Source of the DNA: Styela clava
Taxonomy: Eukaryota
Length of the DNA stretch: 64,000 nt
Assembly: GCF_964204865.1 (NCBI RefSeq)
Contig: NC_135263.1
Location: forward strand, 13,702,001 to 13,766,000
Direction: 5' to 3'
The notes under the pieces were generated by a model, which was given only the letters and a program-made list of their open reading frames with translations, made no database searches and was not told where the DNA came from. A program made the position numbers and the translations under genes. The stretch's first letter is position 1, and each line of letters starts with the position of its first letter. Positions 37,538 to 50,762 of this stretch are shown in pieces.

Positions 37538-40500
37538 CGGTCATAGGCTTTTGTATTGTATATCAGTTTTAAGCGTTGATGGATACCAACATACATGCAT
37601 TAGTTTAGCGCTTCTAAAAACGTAAACAACATGTATTTCATATAAATAGGGCTTTTCATGTACATATATATGGATTTCATCACGATAATTTTCTATAGAT
37701 TTTTGCATTTCTAACTGCATATTTCAGCTTTAGCAAATATATTCAAATGTTCATTCAAATAAATAAATACCCTCTTTTATGTGATTGATAATGTTTATTT
37801 TCAGAAGATACGTTCCCATTTTTAATATACATGTGAAAGTTGTCAGAATGTACAATTTGCAATGCATATCATTCACTTAATATATCAAACAGCAAATCAA
37901 GAACTAATGAAAGTTCCAAAGATATGCATGTCTCTGAAACGAGCATACAAGCATTCATTTGAAAACAAATAAATTAACAATGAAGTTAAGGAGTCCCGGT
38001 ATACAACAATATCATTTTGTGTTCAAACTAATTAAAATAGTGTAATATTTTTGTTGTTTTTGTGGCCTACCTATGTGACGTAATCGTTGAGGTATTTGTA
38101 AATAATCGTTTACGTAATTGTGACGTAATCATTGAATCTTGCTTATTAGACACGGAAATAAAGAAGGGATTCGAAGCTCGTAGAAACATCCATACTATCC
38201 TTTTCCACTATTTAGTATCAACCATAAATGTACCATCTAATAAAAATGAGAAGTTCGGAGTCATCAAGAATGTTAAAAGTTGCTTGTTTTTGATTAGTCC
38301 ATGGTGACATCATAGACCAGAATCCAAATTAACTCCAACTCTGATTAGAACCGTTGAAACCAAAATCGATTATTCATAATAACTTCGTTAAAAAATAATT
38401 TTACAAGTTTTTTGAAATATGTTTTATACCAGTCCATATCAAATCAAAATTTCATTCTCCGAATATCATCAACATAGAAACAAATTTAATTCTAACGATT
38501 TCAAAATAAATATAAGTAGATGTACGTACGTTTCAATCGGTACGACGTACATTATTACCTGAATTATTAATTGGAGTTTAGACTTATGACATGTAACGAT
38601 ATTATGTTTATTTTGAATATGTATTTGCTGTTAGATTAGGGTATATACAGGTTGGGCCAAAAAATGTTGTTCAGAATGTAAAAACGGTAATATTTTTTGG
38701 CCCATCCTGTATATATATGTATATACTGCTCTATATCTTTTTAATAACAGTTTTTCGAATTGAGAATTTGATTATATGTTTTGTATATCGTTCAAATACT
38801 AAAATGAAACCAATGAAGCTATGATTATTCATCACTGTAGGGGGCGATCTTCGTACAGAGAATTTTGGGTTCAGAAACAGTTCTATCAGGTAATCCTGGG
38901 TTATCTTGTACAAATCAGAGCAAGAAAATTAACAAATAATATTGTAGACTCAGACTATTTCTATAACATAAGGCTGAGGTTCGAATCAAAGATTATGTAC
39001 ATAAAATGAGATGCTGATCTTGTAAAGCTCGATTAGGTGTCAAAATTTTGCAATGATCAGGCTTAAACACAAGTACGATGAAGCAGTATCTGGACCCAGG
39101 AATCGATTCATCGATGCAAAATTGATGCACTCATGCGCCTCATAGCCAAGTACTGCGTGTTTTTTTGTTTTTATTTGTTTTTTTTTAGAGAACGTAAAAT
39201 CAATCAGGACGATTTTTGAAAATAATGAATAGTGAAAGTATGACATGTCATTTTAATGTTAAATAAACTCACTGAAACACAATATACAGGCAACTCCAAT
39301 TAATTACAATACAATATAATGACAATAGAGAACTAATCGAGACTTTTCATACGCTTTTTATATGACATTGGCTTGAATAAACATTATAAAATTGCCTCAT
39401 CATAAGAAATTAATCCGCTCCTGTCAATTTCGCCCGTTCATCCGAATAAGGAATTTATGATTTAGTTAATTTATTGTATTTATGTCGAGATTATTTTTGA
39501 AACCTTATATATTGTTTTATACGATATAAATAATCATTCATAATCTTTCTTACAACATTTTTTGAATTCGATCTTGATTTTTTTGAAATAGTCTTTTATA
39601 TTTTCGTCAACCAAGTATTTGTGAATTTTTGAAAACAGTAGAAAGAGGAAAATTTTGATTTTATTAATACCAAAGTGTAGTCATTACCCGAATTATTGTG
39701 AAATATACTCTTTGTTTAGCAGGCTATATAGCAAATTTTAAGATTTAAGAATTGACGAAATTAGGTGTATGCCCAAGGATTGGGCTGGTTTCAGTGAATG
39801 AAAAATCTCAGTCCGTTTGATATTTTAAAAACATTTCCTTCATGGACTAGTTAAAGCTCATCAATGTTATTTAAATGAAAAACATATATATCTTTTAGGT
39901 TTCATTAGCAAAAATTAATTAGAATTTTGAAACTTTCATACTCTGGAACTTCATTAAAAGAGTCATTGCATTACAGAAAATTTACTTTGTGTCTATGGAA
40001 AGATTTGATGCATTAATTAAGCCATATTCTTAATAGTTTTTATTAGTTTTGACAAACGAACTATCATATTACAAGATATCACTATATATATATATATATA
40101 TATTACGACTCCAAATATCAGGGGTGCCAAACCTGCTTTCGACCGCGATCGACTAAAATCTTCAAAATAGCTCGCGATTGACTGATCGGCCCAGTCTCAA
40201 ATACTGTATGTGTGTATTGTATTTTGCGCATTTATTAGTACTTTATTTTTGCTTCTTTAAAATACTGGTTAGGGGCAATTTTTGGGATATTTTATTAAAT
40301 TCACTCAACTTTAGACGCGATAGACTGCTCGAGACATGGCGATTGACCGTCGATCGCGATTGACGTGTTGGCGACCCCTGGAATAGACGTTTGGTTAAAG
40401 CAATCTTAAAAATCTATAAATGAAAAAATCAATACAAAAAGCTAAAATAATGAAGCAAAAACATATAATTAAAGTAGGCATAGAAAAAATGTTGGTGACT

Positions 40501-40796
40501 GTTTTTGCAATTTCGCAGTTACAATTAGGAATCTGTATAACTTCAATCGAAAAATATCCACTGTCATGATGGTTGTCATTTTGCGATAAAGTGCAAACTG
40601 AAAACAGAACATTGGCATTAGTAATTTCTCTGACAACTCCATGGGCTACCCAAACATAACAATCAGCATCGCCTTTAGAGATATCTTGGCGAATGCAAAG
40701 GAAATCTCCTACATGGACCGGTTTTGTACATTTGAACGAGCCTCCCGAACAGAACATTGAATCCCAGTGGACTCGAACACTTTCTAGTCGTAGAAT
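36180..40796. repeat. Segmental duplication block 1, copy b
   Basis: Colinear with 1100-6108. Confidence 0.9.
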
Positions 40797-42650
40797 CAAA
40801 GGTTTTCGTCCCTCTGTAATGGCTCTCTGCAAGAATTCAATGTTTTCCATGATACCCAGAGTATTTATGTCTGTTCTATCTGACATGAATGCCAATTCGG
40901 GATTTTTTACGTGGGTCAAACACAAATGACAATTTGTTCCGATACTGAGTAATCTTAAGCTGAGGTCGTCGTTCTTTCCAACGTCCTTTTCTGACACTTG
41001 AAGTTTCAGTCTGAAATTAGATGCTACGGTAAACAATGTATCAGAACCGTTATTATTGTAAGGATATAGAATTGATTCTGGTTGAAAATTTTGACCTTTA
41101 AAAAATTGTTTTATTATCTCCGAAAAATTCTCATTTTCCCAATCCTCTAATATTTCGTCAATGTTGTCACGATTCAAATTCACGTATTTCTGATTGAAGT
41201 AATTATCAGGATCACAGTTAACATTCTTAAGAAGTACAATGGTCTTTCCATTTTCATTTTCGACCTCCATGTTGTAGTGGAGTTCGCCATAACAAATTTT
41301 TTTAGTTGGTCTCCAGTTCATCAAATTATGTTTTATCTTATTGTAAATATATGAGACTGAAAAATTAGTTGCACCAACATTTGTTATCACAGCGTCAGCC
41401 AAGTGTGGAGTTTTGTAACGATCACAAATCAGACCAAGCAAATCATTTCGTGAGTACAGAAGTGATCTCTGCGAAAGAAATGAATTTATTAGTATTTTCT
41501 GGTTGATTTTGCTTGAAATTTTCCTCAAAGGTGAGGTGAAATCCACGATATCATCTTCGAGCAAGACCGATGCCAACTTCACGTCCCGATGATATTTAAC
41601 GGCCATTCTAGTTGACTGCGGTGGCTCTACTGAGAGAAATAAATCTGAAGTAGCCAAGAAAGGCGCAAGTTCTTCAATGCAAATTTTTTTCTCCAAAATA
41701 ACGCTTTGTGTGTCATTGTATATATCTTGTGGAACAATAAGACTGTTATCACAATTTTCCCATTTTTCTGTTGCAATAGATGTACGTTTTGTGATTACGT
41801 TGCCACCAACATATTGTTTTGCGCATTGGTTGTAACGATGCATGAGTTTACCTACAAGTATGTTTACTTTCCAATCTTCAATATCTCTCAACCTAGAAGC
41901 AATAAAATGCCGATCTTGATAAAGAGATTTAGTATCTATGAAATATCTCCACAGAATTTGAAACTTCTTTCTTGGACATTCCATGAATGAATATTCTTCC
42001 GAAATTCGTACTAAGGTGAAGGTTGGTGCGCTTGCATTCACAGTACAATTGGTATGAAAATAAATAGACAGAGCCAACGAGTTATTTTTCTTTGAAAAAC
42101 CATTTGAGTATTCATTTATATGCAGAGGATTTAAGTTTGTGGATTCAGCAATGATATGTATTCCTATTTTATTACAATCAGATTTTCTGCATTTTTGACA
42201 TTGTTCAATACTGAAAGCGTCATCGTGACGTTTGCATCCTTCAGTATCTAACGTAAACGCCTGCACCTTCATTTTTCCTCCGATAATTTTATCACCGATA
42301 GCTTTTAACAATATTGAAACTATTCGACCAATATTAAGTTGACTTCCTTGTTGTGGTTTCCTCCAATTGTCTTCTTCGTCGTGAATTTTTATAACTTCAT
42401 CTGATTTTTGAAATATCACAAGATCCCCGTTTTCAGCATTTTTTCGATGCCAGTAATTTTTAGGCAGGAAATAAGTGTCTGACTTTTCATCTTCAACTCT
42501 TTTAATATAAATTCGGGGTTTTGCATCACTAACTTGCTCTACGACCGCGGCAAAATATTCTGTGTTTATATTTTCTGATAAATGAACTTTTCTACATTCA
42601 GATCCATACATGCATGCTCTAAAAGTGATATAATCTCGGCATGTATTCAT
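40395..42650 (-). CDS. CCCH zinc finger - OB - RNB (RNase II family, HELZ2-related, helicase-less) protein with C-terminal transmembrane tail, 751 aa; copy G, the only intact family member
   Basis: ATG at 42650; C-x8-C-x5-C-x3-H (CRDYITFRACMYGSECRKVH); RKNAENGDLVIFQ...IGRIVSILLK (CSD/OB-like); AFTLDTEGCKRHDDAFSIE...IGIHIIAE; FTSPLRK..SKINQKIL; DFLCIRQD...YVWVAHG...FSIEVI; hydrophobic tail IFSMPTLIICFCFIILAFCIDFFIY-RFLRLL. Confidence 0.85.
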   Translation of the reverse strand: MNTCRDYITFRACMYGSECRKVHLSENINTEYFAAVVEQVSDAKPRIYIKRVEDEKSDTYFLPKNYWHRKNAENGDLVIFQKSDEVIKIHDEEDNWRKPQQGSQLNIGRIVSILLKAIGDKIIGGKMKVQAFTLDTEGCKRHDDAFSIEQCQKCRKSDCNKIGIHIIAESTNLNPLHINEYSNGFSKKNNSLALSIYFHTNCTVNASAPTFTLVRISEEYSFMECPRKKFQILWRYFIDTKSLYQDRHFIASRLRDIEDWKVNILVGKLMHRYNQCAKQYVGGNVITKRTSIATEKWENCDNSLIVPQDIYNDTQSVILEKKICIEELAPFLATSDLFLSVEPPQSTRMAVKYHRDVKLASVLLEDDIVDFTSPLRKISSKINQKILINSFLSQRSLLYSRNDLLGLICDRYKTPHLADAVITNVGATNFSVSYIYNKIKHNLMNWRPTKKICYGELHYNMEVENENGKTIVLLKNVNCDPDNYFNQKYVNLNRDNIDEILEDWENENFSEIIKQFFKGQNFQPESILYPYNNNGSDTLFTVASNFRLKLQVSEKDVGKNDDLSLRLLSIGTNCHLCLTHVKNPELAFMSDRTDINTLGIMENIEFLQRAITEGRKPLILRLESVRVHWDSMFCSGGSFKCTKPVHVGDFLCIRQDISKGDADCYVWVAHGVVREITNANVLFSVCTLSQNDNHHDSGYFSIEVIQIPNCNCEIAKTVTNIFSMPTLIICFCFIILAFCIDFFIYRFLRLL

Positions 42651-45600
42651 TATCACATTGCAGTAGAGATATTGAGGAAATCAGGGCGATCAAATGTCCT
42701 AGATTAAGAATCTGTATTTGTGAAAATTGACTGATTAGTTTTTAACATATAATACAATGAAATAAAATATTAAAACAAAGCGTATAACATATGCCTAACG
42801 AATGATGTTGCAAACGCATTGTTTTAATTTCTGTAAGTTTCGTATATAAGTCAGAGCTGTAGCGATAAATTGAGAACAATAATTACTCTGGAATGTGCCC
42901 ATTAAATCGTGAAAAAAAAATAGTGAAAATAAATAATTCTCGTTTGTGATAACTTTGAAAATCACGGATCCTTAACATTTCCGATTATTGTCGATTGTTT
43001 GATCCTATATTTTCGACAAACATGACGATAAGATTAAAAAATATGAAATCATAATATTACTTATCAATGATCTCAGTCTCAAGCTTCATACCTCAACTAG
43101 TTGACTGGCCAAAACAAACTGTAATGTTTATATTTAAAGCTCGACTGCAGTAGCTCCCAACATGTTTCTACACTGGTGGCGATATTGTTTAATTGAATTA
43201 ACTAATGTACGATATCATTATAGTAACAGAACTTTAGCCAATCGCTCGCCCTGTGAACCTCCTAAATCTTTTACCAATAATACGTTCAGAATGACTACGC
43301 GCTCTACAACGACAGTAAAATGTTCTTATGAGTAGGCGTAATCAAGCGTACTCAGTCAGACCTAGCCAGGCGTAGCCAAATTTCAAAAACATTTTAGCGC
43401 CATTCTTTGAGATATTGTTTGATATCAATGGCTAATTTTATTTGGCTTTGTTTGAAGCGAAAGGCACGAGTGAGCGTCCAATTACGTCATTATACAAAAT
43501 ATATTCAACGAGAAGTAACTGAGGTGGGTTCGCCCTACTTGACGAACAAATATTTCAATGAATAAACAAGTACAATTTTATGTGAAAATTACCTGAAAAA
43601 TTATTACCACAGTAAGACAAAACAAAATAATGAAATTAATCCAAAAATCCAGTACAATTACAAGTATCTTCAACACAAAAGGACGGTTCCTAAATTGAAA
43701 AATTCTGAAAAACTACTTTCCCCTATTATTCGTAACAGTAATACAATGAGATTTATCCCTAAAATGTTCAGGGCTGAATCAATTCGGGTCGTCAATAGCT
43801 TTTAATCTAATATATCGCAACGTCCACAGCTGACTATTCAAGTGAGATGCGAAAAGGTTGTTCGAGCTATATACTGTCAACTTGCTCACCATCAAATAAC
43901 CTAGCTCATCAAATATAAAAACTTACTAAACCTTTTGCTTCATGAATGTGCAAATAGTATAAAGTGCTACGAAAATTTCAACGAGATGGGTTCACCGTTG
44001 TGAGTGGCATAACATCTGTTATATTTGTACAGAAAATTAAATTGCACTTGTAAAATATGACATCTGCTCATATAATTTATTATACAGGACAAGCAACAAT
44101 AACATAAAAAAAAAGGAAATTTTAAAATGAGGGAGTCCATTTTAATTAAAACATAATAAAAAGTTTGGGAGCATGCATATCATTGTAATCATTTGATGGA
44201 ACTTTGTCAGCAATACATATTTGAATAAAAATCGGTTGGTGTTTTATGTCGAGTATGAAACAGGCCCATTAGAATACTATTTGTAGAGCTATTTTGATAA
44301 AAAATTAGGAATTGTTTTAGAAATAGTATATGATTTATTTTAGAAACGACATTTAGTTAGACGTTGCACGACACTAACAACATATATCTCTACCAACAAA
44401 ATAAAATTATAACATTGTAGCTAATGTAGAAATTACACGTTCGCGTTTATTGTCGCTAAATTTTGCAATGACTGAGGTTTTTACCATTTTATTTAAGAAT
44501 TAATAGAATTTATTAATCTCAGCATTACTTAAAATACGTAGTTCTAAGTTTAAAAAAAAATAAATGTTTCTGAAATCAATGCAAATTTTCATATTCAGCT
44601 CAATCAAATTTGTTCGAATCCTAAAACTGCTATTGAATAAATATAAAGCAGTATACATATATATTTATATATGCCTCAAGCCTCCCAATATTTCTCAATC
44701 ACTATAACATCGACCAACTCAAAACTATTAAAATCAGAAATACACCATGTGTTTTTCCTTAATTAAAATTGGAACAAATCTTTCTTTGTCCCAATCATCC
44801 TCTAAATTCTATTTGATTTGTTGTGCTTGAAGACTTCGTATGTTTGAAAGCAATACTATTCGTTTTGTTAAATATTAATCAAATAGTACATGCTATGTCG
44901 AAATAATATTGCTATCGAATTGTGTTAAATCATAAACCAATTAGGGAACTTGGTTGATCGAGCTTAAAATGTACTTGATAAATTTGAAAATGAACATAAC
45001 CATTGTGTTGTATTGATTGTTATCTGGCAACCTTGTTTGATGTTGTTTTCGAGTAACTAAGATACATAGCCAAAATGTATTTATTTAATAACTCCAATAG
45101 CTACTCGCGGGTGACTTTTTAATGTATTTTCAATTTTCGTGACATTTCGAAATATCAAACATTAACACTTTCCGTGTTTGGATAATTGACGTCAGCTCTT
45201 ATATTTAATTTGATTACTTTCCTGACAGTTGTATCCGAAACTACAGTATCGGCTACTACAAAAATCTATTTTTGCGATAAACAGTTGTTGAAATAATTTC
45301 CATGTAAAATATATGATAAATTTTACCTAGATGTTGGTATCATGTACGCAAAAATTCGTTAGTTCGAAGCCACGATTGTTTCATTCACTCATTTTGTAAC
45401 TAGCGCCTCCGATTCCGAACGGCTCTGCCTAACTTGAAGTTACGTTATTTTTAGAAATAGAGAGTAAAGGCCCATGTCTTAATTAGGTCATCAAAACGAC
45501 AAACTTGCCTTTCCCATTCTAATAGATTTTGTATTAATGCCTTAACATTGGAGAAAATCTTGCATTAACCTTTTGTGATCTTCAGATAAGGAAGTTCGGA

Positions 45601-48600
45601 TGGAATTATGATTTGGTTTTTTTTAGTAATAAGTCGAAATTATCGTATGTTGAAACTACTTTTTCTTTTTTTCTTTTTAATCGCCAGTGACATTAGTGAT
45701 CAGTAAATATATAAATTAACAGGAATTTCCCTGTTCGTGATTTCACCCAAATTGATTTTCCAAATACGAATCTAAAAAATTGGAATCCTGCAATAAATTT
45801 TCTGATATTTTCAGAAGTCGCGCAACAAACATGCTCTGCGTCGCTTCATGATGGAGGGTTGGAGCGCTGAACTTCGTAAAAACGAGGTTAACAAGCACGC
45901 AAGTAACTGTGTCTAGCGAATTCTCGGTTTCGTTACATTTGAACCCAAGTACATCTGAACCCACGACAATTGCACCTGTATAGTATCGCACCTATGGAAA
46001 TTGCACTGGATATTTGAACCCAAACTAATCCTAACCCATGGATTTTAGCACCCGCATTTAGATTGAACGCGCGTATATACGGGTACAAATGTATGGGTTC
46101 AAGTGTACGTGGGTTCAAATGTGTTGTCACCGATATCTCTTATGTGCGATTCATAAATTATCTTATAAATACATCTTACGCATTGTCGTCGTTGAACAAA
46201 ACCATTCACTCTCTGATCACTCAGCCTTAAATTGCAATCGCCAGCTACCCGGGCAGGCCAAGCAGTTGTTTGACCAGGCGGCTTGCTCTGCTGTACTTTT
46301 TGTAGTCTGTGTTTTTGAGATTAGGTCGTGTAACAGTAGTCTATGGATACTAGAGATATACCGATACCACTTTTGTCGCCGATACCGATACCGATACCAG
46401 CTAAAAACGCCGATACCGATACGCCGATACTACAAAAAGGCCGATATTACCGATATTCCGATACCGATACTATGTAATTATTACTTAATTAGGTATGCTG
46501 TGTAGGGCAGACGGGTTAAAACAATGGTCTTTAAGCGTTGTTCATAGTACACATTATTTCAGATCGAAAAAAAAGATATATATATCACATAATATGAAAT
46601 TAATGTTTGGTTTCCATATGCTGAAACTGATTAAGATACATTGTACAGTAACGCTAGTAATCTCGGTGTTCAATTAGAAAACTCATAAGCCGGGATGTCT
46701 AATTTGAATTTAATGTTAATAATGTTTAATGTTAATTTAATGTTTTTTTCCTTCATTATTTTATAATATTTTACAATTGCTATCTTATATTTTGAGACAG
46801 TCTAGGGCTAGGCGGTCAAGTCAATATATCTATAAAGAAATCGTGTAGTTAAGCAGAATTAAAATTAATACCTGTGTAGTGGGATAATTGTGTCGGAATT
46901 TAGTTTATCGATGTCGACGGACTAAATGACACTCGTACTTGACGACAAACAGTCAGAATTTATACCTGTGCAAAAGTCCATGTGCCGTTAATAAGGAAGG
47001 ACCCCAATTCCACTGTATGATTTAAAACCGGGCGCCTAGTTGCTTTTTGTTATGTGCTGTGTTGATATATTTGTTCATAAAAACTATGTAATATTAAAAA
47101 TGTCAATAAAAAAATTTGACAGCGAAAATAGCCAAATTAGTTGAGCTAGTTTAGCTGATAAATAGCTAAAAACACGTGAATTCTATTCTCTCGCAGGGAT
47201 GGGGACATGTATGGCTCATAGCTCACGATCTCTCCAGACAAAAATAAATTAAAAAGTAGTATTCCAACTTATTTTTTAAAACATTCTGGACCATATCAAA
47301 AAGGTAAATATATCGGCAATATCGGCCTTAATCTAACCGATACCGATACATGGCCGATACCAAAAAAATGGCCGATATTGCCGATACCTATACCCGATAC
47401 CGATACATCGGTACATCTCTGATGGATACATGAAATGTTCAAGTTACATGTTGTGAACTACCCGTGTAACAGACAATGGAATGAGTGAATTGCCAAAAAA
47501 TAAACAAACTCGTAGGCCGTAATTGATGTTATCGTATCGGTATTGATGTATTGCGTTAGTCAACAGATACTGTAATATATTATCAGTACCGGTCCGAGTG
47601 TCTTTTAGGTGAAGATACGGGACTCATCAAAAAAGGAATGAATGACTATTAACTTTTAAGATTAGTTTTTCGTCATTGCAATGCTAGATTGTGTAATCTA
47701 TATAACAATAGAGCCAATCTTCAAAGGAAAACAAAATATTTTCCCAAAAATCAAATTCTAGACGAAGCTGAACCTGGGGACCATCGTAACTCAATAGTAC
47801 CGGTACCCGGACTGCCCTAGCTTTACCAGGTCCTGTAACAATGACAATTCATGCGTTTTGTGTCAACATAAGATGAAATGATAAAGGATTTCGACTCACA
47901 GCTGCAGTATTAATTTAATGTACTTTTTACCATTTACAGCAACTCACCTTACCTCCCTAAAGTGCGTCACAGGTATCGAAAAACCATCGATTTCGCGTCG
48001 CTAGATTTTGCCGTCACGCTTGGCGGATTAAAAACCGTCTTCCCATAAATAAAAAAATATTACAGCGAAATTTTGGATGAAATACCAGATCTCGTAAAAA
48101 ATTTAGGAATAAATAAACGAAATAGCGAAAAATACGATCTTTATTCCCTGACAATTTCAAAGCAATTGGTCCATTAGTTAATGAAAAAAGCGATTTTTTT
48201 TATACGGTAACAGAAAGAAGAAAATTCTGACAACAATAACTAAATGATCCATAATTCCACTTCGTGTCCATCACCTAATTTTTTTATGAAGTAGGCAAAC
48301 ACAAAGGCAAGATTATATTAACTTGAATCCCCGCTAAGAATATGCCAAACTGTTGACGAGGAAATTTTGGTCTTGTTAATTTGTGAGCGCTCCAGCGTGT
48401 TAACTAAAGAAGATTAGCGAATGTCAATTTTTTGAGAAAATGAGAGAAGGAGAAAATATGCGAAAAAAAAATTCTCTTGAATATATACTATGACTAATGT
48501 ATGTCAATTTCCCGTTTTACGCTAAAGTTGATGCTTTACAAACACATTAAATGGTAACGAAGACCCCCTGATTAGGAAAAAATGTCTAAGAAAGCCTCTT

Positions 48601-50762
48601 TCAACCAGAAAGTTGCTCTTGTCTGGTTTCGGGCTTAGCGTTCTAAGTTAACGGCGATGTTGCTTATCAATGCTTTGATTTACAATTAAAAATTTATGAC
48701 AATTTAAAAACTATTCCCACCATCTCTGTTCTTCTGAAAGTTGTGATAATTCCACCACGGCAAAATATGAATATATCGATTCCGACATTGAAAATAAAGT
48801 CCAATCTGTAGAAGTCTTGGAATTCCGAGAAAACCTTGAAATCTCTTGCTCTATTGCAACGGGTATATATATTAACATTAAAAGTTTAAAAAAATTTCAA
48901 TTCGAAAGCCTCAGATACAAATTTCATGCAACAATGACTATAATTTATCCATAAAGACATTATCTGGAATGAAAACACAAAACAAAATAATGGAGACTCT
49001 TAGAGACTTTTGATTCTCATAAAAACAACATTTATTCTGAGAAAATATTTGTAAAACGATTTATAAAGTTTCGCAATAATGCACTAACCTTTTCGGATAG
49101 AACATAATCTTGTTCAAGCATCTTCCAAAAATTTGACATCTTGATTACTACTCCAAGTGAATATACTTTGCATCCTAAAAATATTAGAACATTGAAAATA
49201 TGCTTCAAAATTATCGCCTCGTCTGCGCTGTAAACCTCATGGTTACACTGACTTGAAACATACAGCAGTCACATAAGATATTCGAATTATTCCTGTGTCG
49301 TAATTAAATTGAGTAGTTGGCAAGCAGGCCAAGCTTCGCTACTCAGCAGGTGAACTAGTCAAAACAAACTATAAAATATTTGACTTTGAGCTCTTTCGCA
49401 GTTTCTCACAACATGTTTGTACACTGATGACGACTTTATTCGAATTAATTAATGTACGATATCAGTAACATATAATATTTGTAATGAATCACGTCGTGTG
49501 AGCTTCCGGTAATCTGCCGTTAAGTCCGCTAACACACGTGAAGGCTCAAGCTGTAGACCGGTAATCAAATAGAACAGCAAAAGATTGGCGACGTCAGGGT
49601 ACAAAACGACGGCCATTTTTGTTTTCTCTCATATATATGTAATGTTAAACTGAAAGCACAATAGAGTTATATTTTAAACGCTAAAAATGAGCCCAAAATA
49701 TAGAAGTTTCAGAAGATTAATTTAAATATACATATGTGTATGATAGAAGTGTTGGGTGGATGTGTGTAGACTGTAGATCAGTGGTTCTCAACATGTGGTA
49801 CGCGGAAGGTGATCAAGTGGTACGCGAACAGCTTTAATTTATTGCAACAATTAACTTTTGAGTTGGCCAAAATATGCTGACCACGCTTTATCTTCCATAC
49901 TGTACCGCTGAACGGCCTTTATGAATGTTTCCCCGGGCATCAATTTCCTTGCTTATTTCCGTAACCAGCAATAATCAGTAAACATTGCTTTGTTTTTGTA
50001 GTTTTGTGTGTTATTTGTCAGTTTTTAGTTGCGTTTCAAAAAAAAAATTGTGAATGTAATATCTTAATTGTCATTATGTCTTCAAAGGAACATTAATTTA
50101 GTTGTTGTAATCAAAAATGAGTCTCACAAATGGTGCGATAGACTAATTTAAACTAAGCTATCAGTGCCTGTAAGCGGCACATGGTTGATTGATTTTAATA
50201 AAAATGAGGGTTTTCAAACACATAAACCAGCTTATAAGCGCCAACACATAAAAACAATCTCAAAATGAGTATAAAATTTTTCGCAATATAAAGTATAGGA
50301 AGAATTTTTCTGGGGTCAAGGGTCGGAGAAACGTCCTATGGGCCAGTCCAGTCTTTAGAAATCGCCCTCGCCTGCTATTGTCCACGAACGAATCGAGGTG
50401 GGCATGTTTTCGTCCGTCTTGCGAATTAGGTCACTGAGGATGTAGTGCCACATTATAAAATACTCCCATAGCGCGTGTCTTGTGCCATTGTTCCACGCGC
50501 CAAAAAGGGGGGCTTTTACAGTAGTACAAGGCCAGAGTAAAAAACAGTAAAGTGGTACACGGTCAGTAAAAGGTTTGGAACCCCTGCTGTAGATGAACGA
50601 CTTGTTAAACGAAGTTAAAAGTATACAATTATGAGGCATCGTGGTTGGCATCGAAAATTCGCCGATAACTTTGTTCATAGACGAGTCTCCTCCGCAATGT
50701 ACTTACTTTGTATACTACTCTGTATCTCTGTTTTACTAGTCATTAATTTGAAATCTTAAGCT

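Noticed and set aside
42660-44800. 2.1-kb unique region upstream of copy G
   Set aside because: No ORF, RNA gene or repeat structure I can support; probably promoter or intron
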